A stretch of DNA of 63,973 nucleotides, counting the filler, from Vannella sp. (lineage: Eukaryota), in assembly GCA_023345925.1 (NCBI GenBank). It is 9 parts of 9 records of this genome, joined end to end, with 100 filler letters (N's around TTAATTAATTAA, not from the genome) between each part and the next. Parts side by side here need not be neighbours in the genome. Positions count along the whole stretch, not along the records: positions 33,026 to 37,246 come from JAJQQN010000181.1; positions 37,347 to 41,714 come from JAJQQN010001197.1; positions 41,815 to 55,449 come from JAJQQN010000820.1; 6 more parts are not named here. The stretch is one strand, 5' to 3'. Shown piece by piece: positions 35,808 to 47,819 of this stretch. Made by a program: the position numbers and the translations under genes. The notes under the pieces were generated by a model. It was not told where the DNA came from, did not search any database, and saw nothing but the letters and a program-made list of their open reading frames with translations. Every line of letters begins with the position of its first letter. The stretch's first letter is position 1.

Positions 35808-37151
35808 ATGGAGCAGAGGGCAGAAGCGGATCTGGGCTGTAGTTCGTTGATCTGCCAGCGCTGTGAGAAGTCGATCCGAGTTTCGGAGGAGATAGATACC
35901 AATGAAGAGCTCTGGGAGGCTCAAGGAGGGCGCAGCATCCTTCGTACCGATTCAAGCAAGGAGGGGCGGTTAGTTGCCCTTTTTGAGTACTTTTCTTCTG
36001 TCTCTGTGGCTGGATGTGATGAACATCCACTATGTGAAGACTGTGCTGGCTCTGTGTCCTTTTCTCAGGCTCAGGAACTGGCGGAACGCGCGCACGAGAT
36101 CGCCCACTTCCAAGAAACCTTACAAATGCTCTCCTCCCCCATCTCTGACGAGAATGGAGGGGTTCAAACGATAGAAGAAGCCATACAATCTCTCCAAGCG
36201 ATCGAAAGAGACTTGCAAGCGCAGATAGAAGCATGCAATCACCAATTGGAGGTTTCAGTCGATACCCTCACACATCAGCACTTCCAGTCACTGCGCATAG
36301 AGACCATGGTCAGCTCCTTTGACCACCTATGCTGTGATGTAGAGGGCCATCTGGTCCAATTCAGGGACGAGTTGCAAAGAGATTCCGTCGGGCGGTGTCT
36401 CATTCATTCGGTCTCAGAGGCTTGGAAGGACAGCAAACAGTATCTCCCAGGAGCTTTTGAGATAACCTTTGAAGGCTTCTTCGGCTGTATCAATCGGCTC
36501 CGCCTTGGGACATGCACCGACATTCCCGTAAGTCCATTCTTTTTGGGCCATTCTGATTCTCATTCGTTTCAACACCAGGTGGATTGGCAGGAGCAAAGTG
36601 CCGCTTGGGGATACACAGTTTGTCTGCTCCATCATTTGGCCAAGCGCCAGCAGTTTGAATTCAAACGGTAAGTCACTTGCATGTCGATTCGTTCCTATTT
36701 TAATCAATCCATTGCCTCCAGATTCCGGCTGATTCCTCGCGGGAGCTTCTCTGCTATAGAAGATACAAGAGAGAAGAGAGCAATGGAGTTGTTTGGCACG
36801 CAGGAGATTACTTTTGATACCATCTTTTGGTTTGGGCGATTCAACGAGGCACAAGAAGGCTTCCTTGACTGTCTCCAGCAATTCGTCCTCTTTGTTCGGC
36901 GCTTAGATCGCAATCTCAGCTTTCCCCATTTGTGAGTCGCATTGAGTTGAGACAAACTCAATGGCAAACTGACTTACTGACTTACTGACTTACTGACTTG
37001 AACCAGAATCCGAGGGAACAGAATCGGAAAATATAGTATTCTCTACAACCGACTGGGCACGAATGTAGAATGGTGTCACGCCCTCCAATTAGTCCTTCTC
37101 ACACTTAATATTCTCCAAGAATGGGAGGTCCACTATGACCCCTACTCATAA
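35808..37151 (+). CDS. ATG6: Beclin-1/Atg6/Vps30 homolog (multi-exon)
   Basis: CQRC, HPLCEDC, FEI..FGCINRLRLG, VDWQEQSAAWG, LIPRGSFS, FLDCLQQF and EWCHALQ motifs. Confidence 0.9.
36968..36999 (+). repeat. (ACTGACTT)x4 inside intron 36932-37006
   Basis: Read directly from the sequence. Confidence 0.95.
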
Positions 37152-37663
37152 ACCCTTCCCGTGTGAGCTCCTCCATGAACTAACAACGTTTACACAACGG
37201 CAAACCCAGACCGTTGATAACCTTCTTCAATACCGAAGGCAAATGTNNNNNNNNNNNNNNNNNNNNNNNNNNNNNNNNNNNNNNNNNNNNTTAATTAATT
37301 AANNNNNNNNNNNNNNNNNNNNNNNNNNNNNNNNNNNNNNNNNNNNGCTTTGGCCATGCTCTAAGGCAGCTGCTAAGCGCTGGGGACCGTACAGGCTTGA
37401 CTCCAGAGGGTCCATTGGAGAGAAGGAAAGGTCATCTGGAAGAGTCCCGCGAAGGATTGGGTTCAGGTTAGTGTCCTGATGACCTCCATCTCTTCATGAT
37501 AAGCTTTTGGGCTGATTTCATTTATTGAGTTTTGGGTGCTCCAAAGGACCCAAATGAGGGAAATGACAGACCAGGCACTAGTGTCTATCAAGACGACTTT
37601 TACATTTTCTATTTATTTTTGAATTTGTACAGTAATTTGAGGGTCGTTGCTTGGTGGTGACAC

Positions 37664-38738
37664 TCAAACCTTCTTGACCCAACGGCCACCAGCCCTCGGC
37701 AAAGAGGATGCTCGGGGAGAGATTGTGGTCTGATTAGATGGACTAGAAGCTTCAGACAACTTCTTCAGCTTGTTCTCCAAGAGACGGAAGTCCTTGACAG
37801 TGTTGATGCGAGCCAAACAGGTGGAGATGGTGCTGTCCAATTGAAGCTCGCGCTGGTCCTTACGATACTTGAGGAACGCCCAGAACTTCTCGAGGCCATA
37901 CACGTGGAAGTTGGCCAGGTCCTCCACAACGAGGGTCTGAAAGTCCTTCAGAAGCTCCTCATGAATGGTCCGTTCCAGCCCATAGCTGTAGAAGCGGAAG
38001 AGGCATTCGAGGCCATAACGCTCATGAAGGTTGGCGTCTTCAATGGCAAAGGTCTTGAACTCGGAGTACATGGTGTTGTCAAAGTTATCCCTCAAATGGT
38101 AGTTCCAGAAGCGGTAGAGAGTATTCATCTCATTGGAGCCACCAGCGTGGCGCTGAGAGCGATCTAGACAGAGGTCAGAGCTATCTAAGGGAGCGATTGA
38201 CAGGTTGTCACGCACCCCGAAGGCACTTGGCGTGGTACGTGTCGTATTGCTCTTGGACAAAGTTCTCCAGAAGGGTGTGGGAAGGGTGCTGAGCCCCTGA
38301 CTTCCCAGGAGAGATGCTCTTGATGGTGGACTTTGCTCTTGCACGACGGGGAACTGCAAAGCTTCCGTCTGGAACGGAGTGGTTCTGCGGAGAGCGGCTT
38401 TGTGGCGAACTCTTCTGGCTGAAAGACCTCTTGCGGTTATTCACAACAGGAAGAGAGGGCTTGGAGGCGATGGAAGGAGCAGTCAGTTGGACTGAGGCGT
38501 CCACCACAAAGTCCGTGTCAGCTTGAAGAGGAAGAGAGGCCTCTTCTTCCTCAAAGTCGAACTGAAGGTCATCGTCATGAGAGTTCTTGCTGCGAGAGCG
38601 GTTACGGCGGGGCTCTGCCACCATTTTCCAGGGTGAAGTGGAGGAAACAGTGGAAGTCTGGCCAACCGAAGCAGTGTGAGCGAACCTCTGACCCACTCAC
38701 TGTCCTGCCATTACCTTTGCAACAGGGTGAATAGTCAT
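37664..38738 (-). CDS. LARP1-type DM15 domain protein
   Basis: [31 protein letters not shown] and [12 protein letters not shown]; two short introns. Confidence 0.9.
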
Positions 38739-38799
38739 AGCTGGGAGAGCCTGGACGGAGTGGTCAACTACTAGAAAGGAGGAAGGAATGGAACAACAC

Positions 38800-38905
38800 A
38801 GACCAACCGGCAGTTACCGCGCTGTGATTGGTCAACCGAAGTTCACTTCCTGATTCCTTGAGCTTTCATTGGTCAGTCGCAGTATTCTGATCATTTGATT
38901 GGTTG
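38800..38905. promoter_or_regulatory. Bidirectional promoter with three reverse CCAAT boxes
   Basis: ATTGG at ~38827, ~38868 and ~38898, between divergent genes. Confidence 0.55.
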
Positions 38906-38930
38906 AACGAAAATCTGAAAGAAGAAACCA

Positions 38931-40288
38931 ATGCCGCTAACCACACCAGCATGGACTGTTTCGAGTGTATTTTATTACAAGTTTTTTGGTGCATTTGGAA
39001 TGAATCGAGGGAGGAGGGCGGGAGCCAGGACGAAACTGGCGGTTGTGGTGGTCATTGTGTTGGTTGCGTACTTGTTTGTTGTACGTTTCCTTGTCGAGAG
39101 TCCCAGGAAGGCCGTGCAGGTGGAGAGGAAGGCGATTGAGGCGCCTTCGGACAAGGAACTAGAACTATCTGGTGTGAAAGTGGAGCATTGGAGCAGAGCC
39201 AAGGAGTACTTCTGCAATCCAGACATCCGTGTGGCACGAGAGTATCAGATAGACCTTTCCAAGAAGCTTTGGAGTACCAATCGGTTGGTCAGCCGCCTTT
39301 AGAAGACCTTTCTGACCTTATCCTCCTCAGAGACCAACGATTGAGTGACTTTTTAGAGTTTCTGCGGGTTTCCAGTGATGGAGTTATCGATGTGAAACCT
39401 CAGGATATGATGGAGGAGGTAGGAGGACCATGCCAGACTGAGAACGATCTGAAAAGAGATCTTTAGGGATACCATCGCTACTCATTCTCTGTCCTTGGAG
39501 TACCGAAGACAGCACCACCAACGATCAGACTTCGGTAGGCTATCACCTATGCATCCAATGAGCTTCAGTTGATCAGGTGGCCAGAGATTTTAGCTTGGGA
39601 CCTCACAAAGGTACAACTACCGTGGACTTGAAGTTCCGCGACGGAGACACGAGTAAGTTGGAGTTATACCCTTCAAAGAGTAACCCTCTTTCTAGTGCTG
39701 GAAATGTTTGCGGTCCCCGCTACTCCTGCTGAGGCGTACCGAGAGAAGTCGGTGCAAAAGGTGGAACAGGACGTTCATGCGTGTGATGTACGATGGTCAC
39801 GAGGTACTCGCCTCTTCCTTGATTACTCTCCGAAGATAGAGACTATAGAGGATGTCGCTGCCCTCTTCCCTGTGGAAGAGAACTTCCCGGGAATGCAAAG
39901 ACTGACTCCACAGACCAAACGGCAGAGTTTGGATGCTTACTACTGGCAGTCCAGCTACCGGGGACACGTGACAAGTGGACTTGAGTACAAGATCACCTTC
40001 ACAATCATGTACTCAAGCATTGAAGACGCCTTCACGGACGGATCCAAGCCCAAGAAGGATGGAGAGTTCTCCTTCCGCCTCTTTGGCAGGGACAACGGCT
40101 TCAGTCGTGACTTTAGGGAGCGGGATCTCAACATTGTCAATAGTCTCTTCGAGAAGCTCATCTGGAGCGAGTGGAATGTCGATCCTGAGATGGATTGCTT
40201 CGACGAGGAAGAGAATGTGGACGTGACAGAGAGCCATGCTCCTCGGGGAGAGGTGTGGCTACTGCCTATTCGCAAAACACTATCATAA
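38931..40288 (+). CDS. Hypothetical type II membrane protein (multi-exon)
   Basis: N-terminal anchor LAVVVVIVLVAYLFVV followed by a globular domain. Start and end are uncertain. Confidence 0.6.
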
Positions 40289-40347
40289 AGAGATGCTGCC
40301 TGGCTTCCTGGATGCTCTTGGTGACTTTGAGTTGGTGTATTCCTCAC

Positions 40348-41449
40348 TTAGTGGATTTCACTGCCGTCAGGGAGATCAGGGACAGAGCAGGTTCCCTTGG
40401 GTGACACTACAGGCTTGTTGTTGACCGTGGCCTTGCCTCCTTGTACCTTAAAGTGGGCAACAACGGAGTCCCAAACCTTCTTGTTCAAAGTCTTGGCTAC
40501 TGTCGTGCTTGCCTTGCCCCCCTGGCTACTGTGAGACCATGTGATAGGATCTATACGGTGTTCTTACCTCAAGGAAGAGAACATCACCCACAGCAGAGCC
40601 TGCTGGTGGTTCGACGATGCGAACCTGATCGCCGGCGCTTCCCGCCAAGATCATGCCCTGAAGGAGATCAGAACATAGTAGAGGCCTTCATGCAACATAC
40701 ACTGCTGAGCACCTGGCGGAGCTTGGCTGGCTTCAAGTTCATAACAGTGCAAACAAGTCTGCCAACGAGGTCCTCTGGCTTGTAGAACCTTCCTCTGCCT
40801 GTCAGCTCTCGCTTAACACTGTTTGAATAAACCTACTTGACGAGTCCAGCGCAAACTTGGCGAGTGGAAGCCTCTCCAGACTCTAACTGGATGACGTAAA
40901 GGGCATCTGCGGTTGGGTGCTTCTCAATAGACCCAATACGGCTCACTTGGACTTGGCACTGCTCCCATGCCTCCAAAGGATCAACTTGATCACCACTACC
41001 ACTAGCAGGGGCCTCCTTCTTGGCTGGTTTGGCAGCAGCAGCTGCGGGAGTAGCCGCTGGGGTGGCTTTCTTCTCACTAACAGCAGCAGGCTGGGGCTTT
41101 GGCAAGGAAGCAAGCATGTCTGCGATAGAGAGGAGAGGGAATGCATCTACAACCTTGCCACGGAAGTCGCAAAGCGGGCAACGAGCCTCAAAGGGCGTGG
41201 TAAGCTTGTAAGAGCAAGTTGTGCAGGATTTCTTCCCTGTGTCAGGACAGCAGGCATATAAGAAGGAGCACCACGAACCACTTGAAGGTGAGGAGAGACG
41301 GAGAAGGTCTCCAAGCGGTAAACAGCCCAAGGATCATCAGGGTGGATCGCAACAGATCGTTCACCAAGTTCGTTCTCCAAAGAAGCAATCAGCCCGTCCA
41401 GCTTCTGAGCAGCAGAGGCTATCTTTCTGTTAGTGGTTCCAACCACCAT
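40348..41449 (-). CDS. tRNA-binding OB-fold (EMAP II/Arc1p-type) protein
   Basis: IEKHPTADALYV, RQVCAGLVK, NLKPAKLR and GMILAG motifs; upstream CTTC..CPLC. Confidence 0.88.
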
Positions 41450-41891
41450 GCTATCGACCTACCACAAGGCATTGCGAAGGAGTGAAGAGCGCGACCAAGC
41501 ATCCAAGAATCCATAAAACCCTACGTTAGGGTTTCAACCAATCAACTCCGATGCCAAACATTATGGGCCCAAAATCTGTCAGGCTTCAAGAAGGCTCCAC
41601 CTTGCCAGGAACAAGTGCAAAAGGTTAACATCATGAGGACAAGGGTGAAGAGGAAGAAGGACACAAGCAGGTGCCAAGAGAGAGTTCACGACCCCACTAA
41701 ACCACGTCCGCTGGNNNNNNNNNNNNNNNNNNNNNNNNNNNNNNNNNNNNNNNNNNNNTTAATTAATTAANNNNNNNNNNNNNNNNNNNNNNNNNNNNNN
41801 NNNNNNNNNNNNNNATTCAGAAGCATCTTCATGCATGTTAGTTGTATTTGCCCATGGACTGTAGCAGGTGGGCTAGGATGACCGGGACGGA

Positions 41892-44776
41892 CTACCACCA
41901 ATCGTCGTCGTCTTCGTGGTCGCTGTGCTCGTCATCGCTGTCACTGCATTCAATTGCAGCTCGCCGGGCGATGAGCATCATATGCAAATTGAATCCACCG
42001 GGAGGCTCGCTTTGAGCCCTCTGGAGAGCTGTTTTCCTCTGTTCAGGGACGACCTTTCGAAGGAATGTTCCTTTTTGGATCTGTTCGAACAAGTCTCCGC
42101 CCGACAGCGACGTAGTGACCACTCTTTTAGGGACCTCCGCCTTGACTACAGGTGGTTTCTGCACTGGAGCAACAACTGGAGGCGGTGGAGGAGCGGTACC
42201 ATCAGCTGGGGGAGGTGTTTTCTCCACCAACGGCGGGGCAATGATGGGCTCCTCCTTTACAAGAGGAGAGGGAACCACTTCAGCTGGGATTTGAGGCTCC
42301 TCTAGAACAGGGGCCACCTCTTCAATTGGAGTCTCTTGAAGCAATGGCTCTTCAACAGCGGGCTCCTCAGTTGCGGGTTCCTCCACGAGAGGAGATTCTT
42401 CCTCTATTTCCGATATTTGGAAAGCAGCGATGGTTGCTTTTTCTTCCCCAGCAGGCTGGTACAAGGACACCTCGAACTCGCCTTCTTGCTTGGGATAGAA
42501 AGTGCTCGGGACGAGTAAATAAGGAATCTCGCTTGCTTCAACAATAACACCCAAAGCCACTATCCCAAGAGTGAGATACTCCAAGCCTTCCCATGAATCT
42601 GCTTACCATCCTCAGCAGGCTCATAATGGGAGCTCCCAATCAAGTCATTCTCTCCCGTGAGAAGAGGTTCTAATTGCTCGTCCGCTTTGCACAGGGAGAA
42701 TCCGATGGGCTTAATAGCGGCGACGTTTCCTGAGGATACCTTTTGGGTCAGCACAAGAACAGCACAAGTCTTTTGTGTCACAAGAATGGCAACCCGCGGG
42801 TTGTTCCACCAAGACCCGTTATTTAAGCATCCCCCAGCGCTGTCTCCACTCCAGGCACCGGAAATGGTTCGAACAGAAGGCTCTGGAACTGGACTTAGCG
42901 AGACAACTCCCTTTTGGTTGCTGAACACGCTAATAGTAAACTTGCTCTCAACTCCAGGAGCGAAAGTGCAGGGAATAATGTTGTAAACTCGTCCTGCATC
43001 CACCTGGAAAGGACAATACGCCTCAAAACTCTTCCTGAATGGTGACTTCTTCAGAACAGTGTCATCAGTGATAATCAGGGTTTTGCAGATGCCTGCGCTC
43101 TCCTCAGTGGGTGGAGCGGTGATGTAAAAGCCAATGCTGTGCTTGGTGTCTTCCTTGGAGTTTGGTAATTGAAGAAGAACGATCAATTTCGAGCTTTTTT
43201 CTGCTCGGAATTGGAATTGGCTGTTGTTTCGCCACGTTTTACCGTGGTTAAGGCAACCGCCTGCAGTAGCAGCATCCCATTCACCAGAAATACTCTCCTG
43301 GTGGAAAGGCTCGTACTCTTCCATGTCCGGAAGTGACTCTCCGTCTGGTACTGAAACGGACAAAGTAAACTCAGCGAGCAGGTTTGGGAAATAAGTGCAG
43401 GGCATTACCATAACAGAAAAGATTCCTGGTGTCCTTTCTTGTAACATGGCGGCTGGCACCTTCAAGTCAATCGCTTCAACCTTTGAGCAAACACTGGACT
43501 CAAGCAAGTCCGTGGATTGTGCCAATAGCCGCCTCTTTCCATTATCCTTGAAAACAAAGATACCAATTGGGTGAATCTCTGCACCGCTTGGTGTCTCTTG
43601 CACCAAACGGAGGTGAATGTCACAACGAGAGTTGGAATGGACGGCATATTGTGGATTGTTTCGCCAAGTAGAGAAACTAGGACATCCCCCAGCACTGATT
43701 CCATCCCACGAGCTGTTGATGGTGATCTCCTCTGTATCTGTGAGCTCCCGAACCTTCACCTCACAGGTGGAACGGTGGTAAAGAGCAAGCTCAAAGGCCG
43801 CCTCATTGTCTGCATGGAATGTACAAGGCACTACTATGTAATATGATCTGGAAGATAGCTGGCTCAAGCTAAGGGCGCACTCCTGACCATTCCGGAAGGT
43901 CGCCTTCTGAACAAGATCTTCGGGAATCATCTTAGTTGTTGGAAGGGAGTCAACTTGGAAGACGTAGAGGCCCAAGGCATCGAATTTCTCCTTCTCTGAT
44001 TGTGTCAGAAGCAGTTGCAAGTCAAAGCGTGCGGACGATTGTCCTTGAACGAGGAACTGGGGGTTATAAACCCACGAAGGGAAGTTCTTACACCCCCCTG
44101 CGCTTCTTCCTCTCCACTCAGAAGACACGGAGATCCTCTTCAGCTCATCGGCAGCGGTCAGAGGACGAATGAAAGCTGCGTTACTGTTCTCCACTGAAAC
44201 GGTAAAATGGAGTTGTTTGCCGGGGTAGAAAGTACAAGGGAGTATCACGTAACCGTCAGGTGTAGCAGGAAGCTTGGCTGAGCATGAGACCGAATCGTTC
44301 TTGGAGAAAGCCGAACGAGCCACCGCTTCAGGAGAGGAGACGAGCTCTTGATAGCCCTGGCCAGGAAACACGTAAAACCCAACGCCTTCGTAATCTTCCT
44401 CGTCTCCAGGAAGCTGGGTGAGTGTGATAGTGACCTCGCACTCCTCCTCTACTTTTAAGAGGATCTGCGGGTTCTGACGCCACGTTGGGTTGTTCATGCA
44501 CCCTCCTGACTTAGTCTCAGACCACTTTGTCTTTACTTCTCTACTCCAATCTCCTTCTTTCTCCACTACTGACGCCTCCTTCTCGGCCTTTGCAGCTAAA
44601 AGAGAGCGAACACGAGTTTGCGATTCCTTCACCACTCGAACCGCCTGGGATAGGTCCTCCATCGCAGGACCCACAGAATCAGTACAATCCGCGTCCTCCA
44701 GCAGCTTAGCTATCGCCTCCTGCTCTGCCAAGCTCTCCCGAAGCTCCTGAACCAAACGCCCGCCGAGCCGCTCCAT
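41892..44776 (-). CDS. Protein with five calpain domain-III repeats, a Pro-rich linker and a C-terminal WH2-C-A module
   Basis: Five GGC..W..N(P/S)(Q/R)..PCTF-type repeats. Intron 42560-42606 joins the ORFs in frame. The protein ends GGDLFEQIQKGTFLRKV..LIARRAAIECSDSDDEHSDHEDDDDWW. Confidence 0.88.
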
Positions 44777-44843
44777 GAAGAAATGGCCAAATTATATTGC
44801 ACAGGGCAATGGTCTACAATAGTTATTATTCATGAATGGTGAA

Positions 44844-45284
44844 TTATTTGGGTTTGGGGAAGACCTTGAGCTCTCTGGCTTGGTTCTGTTCTTGGATGAT
44901 GCGAGCTCGATAGACTCGGATGTATCGATCTCCATCTTTGGGGGTGAGAACCACATCGTCGTAGCGAGATTGGTGTTTAATGGCTCGGAGTGCCTCTTTC
45001 GCATGCTCAGGGCGGTACATGTGAGTCCATGATTGCCAAGCAATGTTCTTCCATGCTACTGCTTGCTTCTTCTTCGCCTCCATTCGCTTTTTGGTCGATT
45101 TCTTTGCTTGTCGAAGCATCACCCACTCTTCTCCCTCTGGAAGATCGTCACCCTCTCCCTCTGCAGGCTCGCAATATCCTCTCCTTAGAGAAGCTGGAAA
45201 CAAGCCGACGGACTGATTCGACCAGATTCTGGGGGCCGATCGAAGGAGACCCGATGAGACGAGGTGGCGAGAGGCAGCCAGCAT
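44844..45284 (-). CDS. Small basic protein with probable mitochondrial presequence
   Basis: The N-terminus MLAASRHLVSSGLLRSAPR..RRGYC is Arg/Ser-rich and lacks acidic residues. Confidence 0.6.
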   Translation of the reverse strand: MLAASRHLVSSGLLRSAPRIWSNQSVGLFPASLRRGYCEPAEGEGDDLPEGEEWVMLRQAKKSTKKRMEAKKKQAVAWKNIAWQSWTHMYRPEHAKEALRAIKHQSRYDDVVLTPKDGDRYIRVYRARIIQEQNQARELKVFPKPK

Positions 45285-45508
45285 GATCCCCCCAAACACT
45301 GCTTTTGATCAACCAACTCATTTGATTTGTTAGGCCAACACCTTTATAATATGACTGTACAATAATGGAGCTTGCTTGATTGCCTCTTCCCAAGCGAAAA
45401 TTTTCGTCATTAACTTTCGTGAACCAACTCAGATCCTTTTTTCTTATCGCTTGGCAGGTGTGTGTTTGTGTTTGTGTTGCTGGGGAACGTTGTCTGATCG
45501 TTTTTAGA

Positions 45509-46285
45509 ATGAGTGACAGTGTCAGTGGAGAGTCTCGTGGACGTGGTTTCGGACGTGGACGCGGTGGTGGCCGTGGACGCGGTGGCCCCAAGCGTGCTGG
45601 TGGCCCCAAGACCGAGGCTACTGCCTGGGTTCCCGTTACCAAGCTTGGTCGCCTTGTGAAGGACCGCCTCATCACCGACTTGGAGCAGATCTACCGCTAC
45701 TCCCTCCCCATCAAGGAGGCCGAGATCATTGACTACTTCCTCCCCACCATTAAGGATGAGGTCGTCAAGATCATGCCCGTCCAAAAGCAGACCACTGCTG
45801 GTCAGCGAACCCGCTTCAAGGCCTTCGTCGTTGTTGGTGACAGCAACGGACACCTTGGTCTTGGTGTCAAGTGCGCTGCTGAAGTCGCCACTTCCATCCG
45901 TGGTGCCATTACCGTTGCCAAGTTGTCTCTTGTCCCTATCCGCAAGGGCTACTGGGGAAACAAGATCGGTGCCCCTCACACCATCCCCTCCAAGGTCACC
46001 GGCAAGTGCGGCTCCGTCTCTGTTCGCCTCGTCCCCGCTCCTCGCGGTTCCGGAATCGTCGCTTCTCGCGCTCCCAAGAAGCTCCTCCAGTACGCTGGAA
46101 TCCAAGACGTCTACACTTCCTCTTTCGGAAACACCAAGACTCTCGGTAACTTCGTCAAGGCTACCTTCCAGGCCATCAGCCAAACTTATGGCTACCTCAC
46201 TCCCGATCTTTGGGCCGATCTTCCCCTGGGCGAGACTCCTTACAGCCAGTTCTCCCAGCACTTGTCTCAGACCAAGAAGAGATAA
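45509..46285 (+). CDS. RPS2: 40S ribosomal protein S2 (uS5)
   Basis: RGG N-terminus, [11 protein letters not shown] and [17 protein letters not shown]; strong codon bias. Confidence 0.99.
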   Translation: MSDSVSGESRGRGFGRGRGGGRGRGGPKRAGGPKTEATAWVPVTKLGRLVKDRLITDLEQIYRYSLPIKEAEIIDYFLPTIKDEVVKIMPVQKQTTAGQRTRFKAFVVVGDSNGHLGLGVKCAAEVATSIRGAITVAKLSLVPIRKGYWGNKIGAPHTIPSKVTGKCGSVSVRLVPAPRGSGIVASRAPKKLLQYAGIQDVYTSSFGNTKTLGNFVKATFQAISQTYGYLTPDLWADLPLGETPYSQFSQHLSQTKKR

Positions 46286-46338
46286 ATACATCTCCAATTG
46301 GATAAAGATCTTCTTGTAGACTACCTCAAACGACATCT

Positions 46339-47708
46339 TTATTCTGGTTGACTCTCGTCTTCTTGCTCTTGAAGATCATCGTCGGCTGTGCTGGTGGCAA
46401 TGTCTGCCTGGATGGGATAACCATCAGTCTCCAGCGAGTTGGCGAGGATAGCCACATTGTGTTTCCACTTAGTCAGTGTAGTCTGCAATTGCTTCCACTC
46501 CTCTTCAGCAAAAGATCGCTGGAGGGCACTCTGCACGGAAACTTGCTCGTTGATCTGGTCGATCTTGGCCTCGATCAGTTGTGCTGCGATGGCGGAGATG
46601 ACAAAGTCTTCAACATCCTCGTCTCCTACTTCCAAAGCTTTCTGTATATCAGTGTAGGTGATCACCTTCTGTTCGCAAGCAAGGCTCGTGAGGGTTAAGA
46701 GTTGCATTTTCTGAATGCAGTCAGCTTCGGAGAGCTTCAGGGATTCCCAGACGTTTCCATTCTTCTCAGAGAACGCCTTGAATGCATCAAATCTCTTAGA
46801 GGAGAAGATTTCGAGCAGCTCGTACTCGGGCTGGCCTTTCAGCTGTGGGAGGGTTAATAGCTGTTGAGATGGTGGCGAGATGATCGCACCTGTTGAAGAG
46901 CCCTCATATTCAGAAGTTCATCAAACTGGTAGACATCCTCCAACCGAACAGCCAAGATGCAGCTCTCGCTGGCAATCACCTTTGCTCCTGCCACATCATC
47001 TGAGCTTCCCTCGAAAGAAGAGAGGAAGCGGGTGGCCATGTCCAGGGTCAGTTTGGAGTCTGGAGTGTGCTGTTTCTGGAGTTGATACATAGCTTGGTAG
47101 ATCTCCCTCCTCTGCTCAGCGGTGGCAGTCCACTGTCGAGAAATCTCATCGATCGAAGGGAAAACACTGACAACAGCCCCTTCAAGAGCGGAGACTTGAG
47201 CGTACTTCAGAATATTCAAGAATAATCTAACGCGGTGCGCTGATGTGGCGCTAAAGAAGTTGTACAGCTTGTTCAGACTAGATCACACGTCAGGATCTGG
47301 CCTTCTACGTTCCTAGAGCGATTACTCACAGGGAGAGCCGCAGGTTGGCATTAGAAGAGGACTCTTTCATGATTGCTGTAAGGAGAGCATCTACAATAGG
47401 CGCTTCAAAGTCTTCACCAGGGCGCATCTTCTTGAAGACGCAGAAGAACTCAGCAAAGAAGGAGCGGGTGTCTACACCTGAGGTAAGTCCACTGCTTATT
47501 GATGCTCGTGAGGAGAGATCCCGTGTCAAAACGCACCCGACTCCTTCAGAGTAAAAAGCAGGTCGGCGCTCTTTGCTATCTCCAACAGCACCTCCCCGAT
47601 GCGTCCCTCCAAATCAATCTTTGGCGCACCCTCCACACCATCATAGTACGAGCAAAGTGAGTCGAACTGTTCATCCGTCGACGGAGCTCCAACGTAGAAG
47701 GTTGGCAT
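46339..47708 (-). CDS. EIF3M: PCI-domain protein, eIF3 subunit M-like (multi-exon)
   Basis: LSLLNKLYNF, YQFDELL, KMQLLTLTSLA and VEDFVISAI..IEAKIDQ..QRSF..EWKQL motifs. Confidence 0.85.
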
Positions 47709-47819
47709 CGTCACCCAGCTCCCAACAAAAGACCAATTAATCCCAAGGACTTGTTGCAAACTATTTGAGGGCTCAGAACGAAGGGAACGGAATATCTAGA
47801 TATTTTCCTCGCCGTTGGG

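Noticed and set aside
45410..46336. 308-aa antisense ORF over RPS2
   Set aside because: A shadow of strong codon bias in a highly expressed gene.
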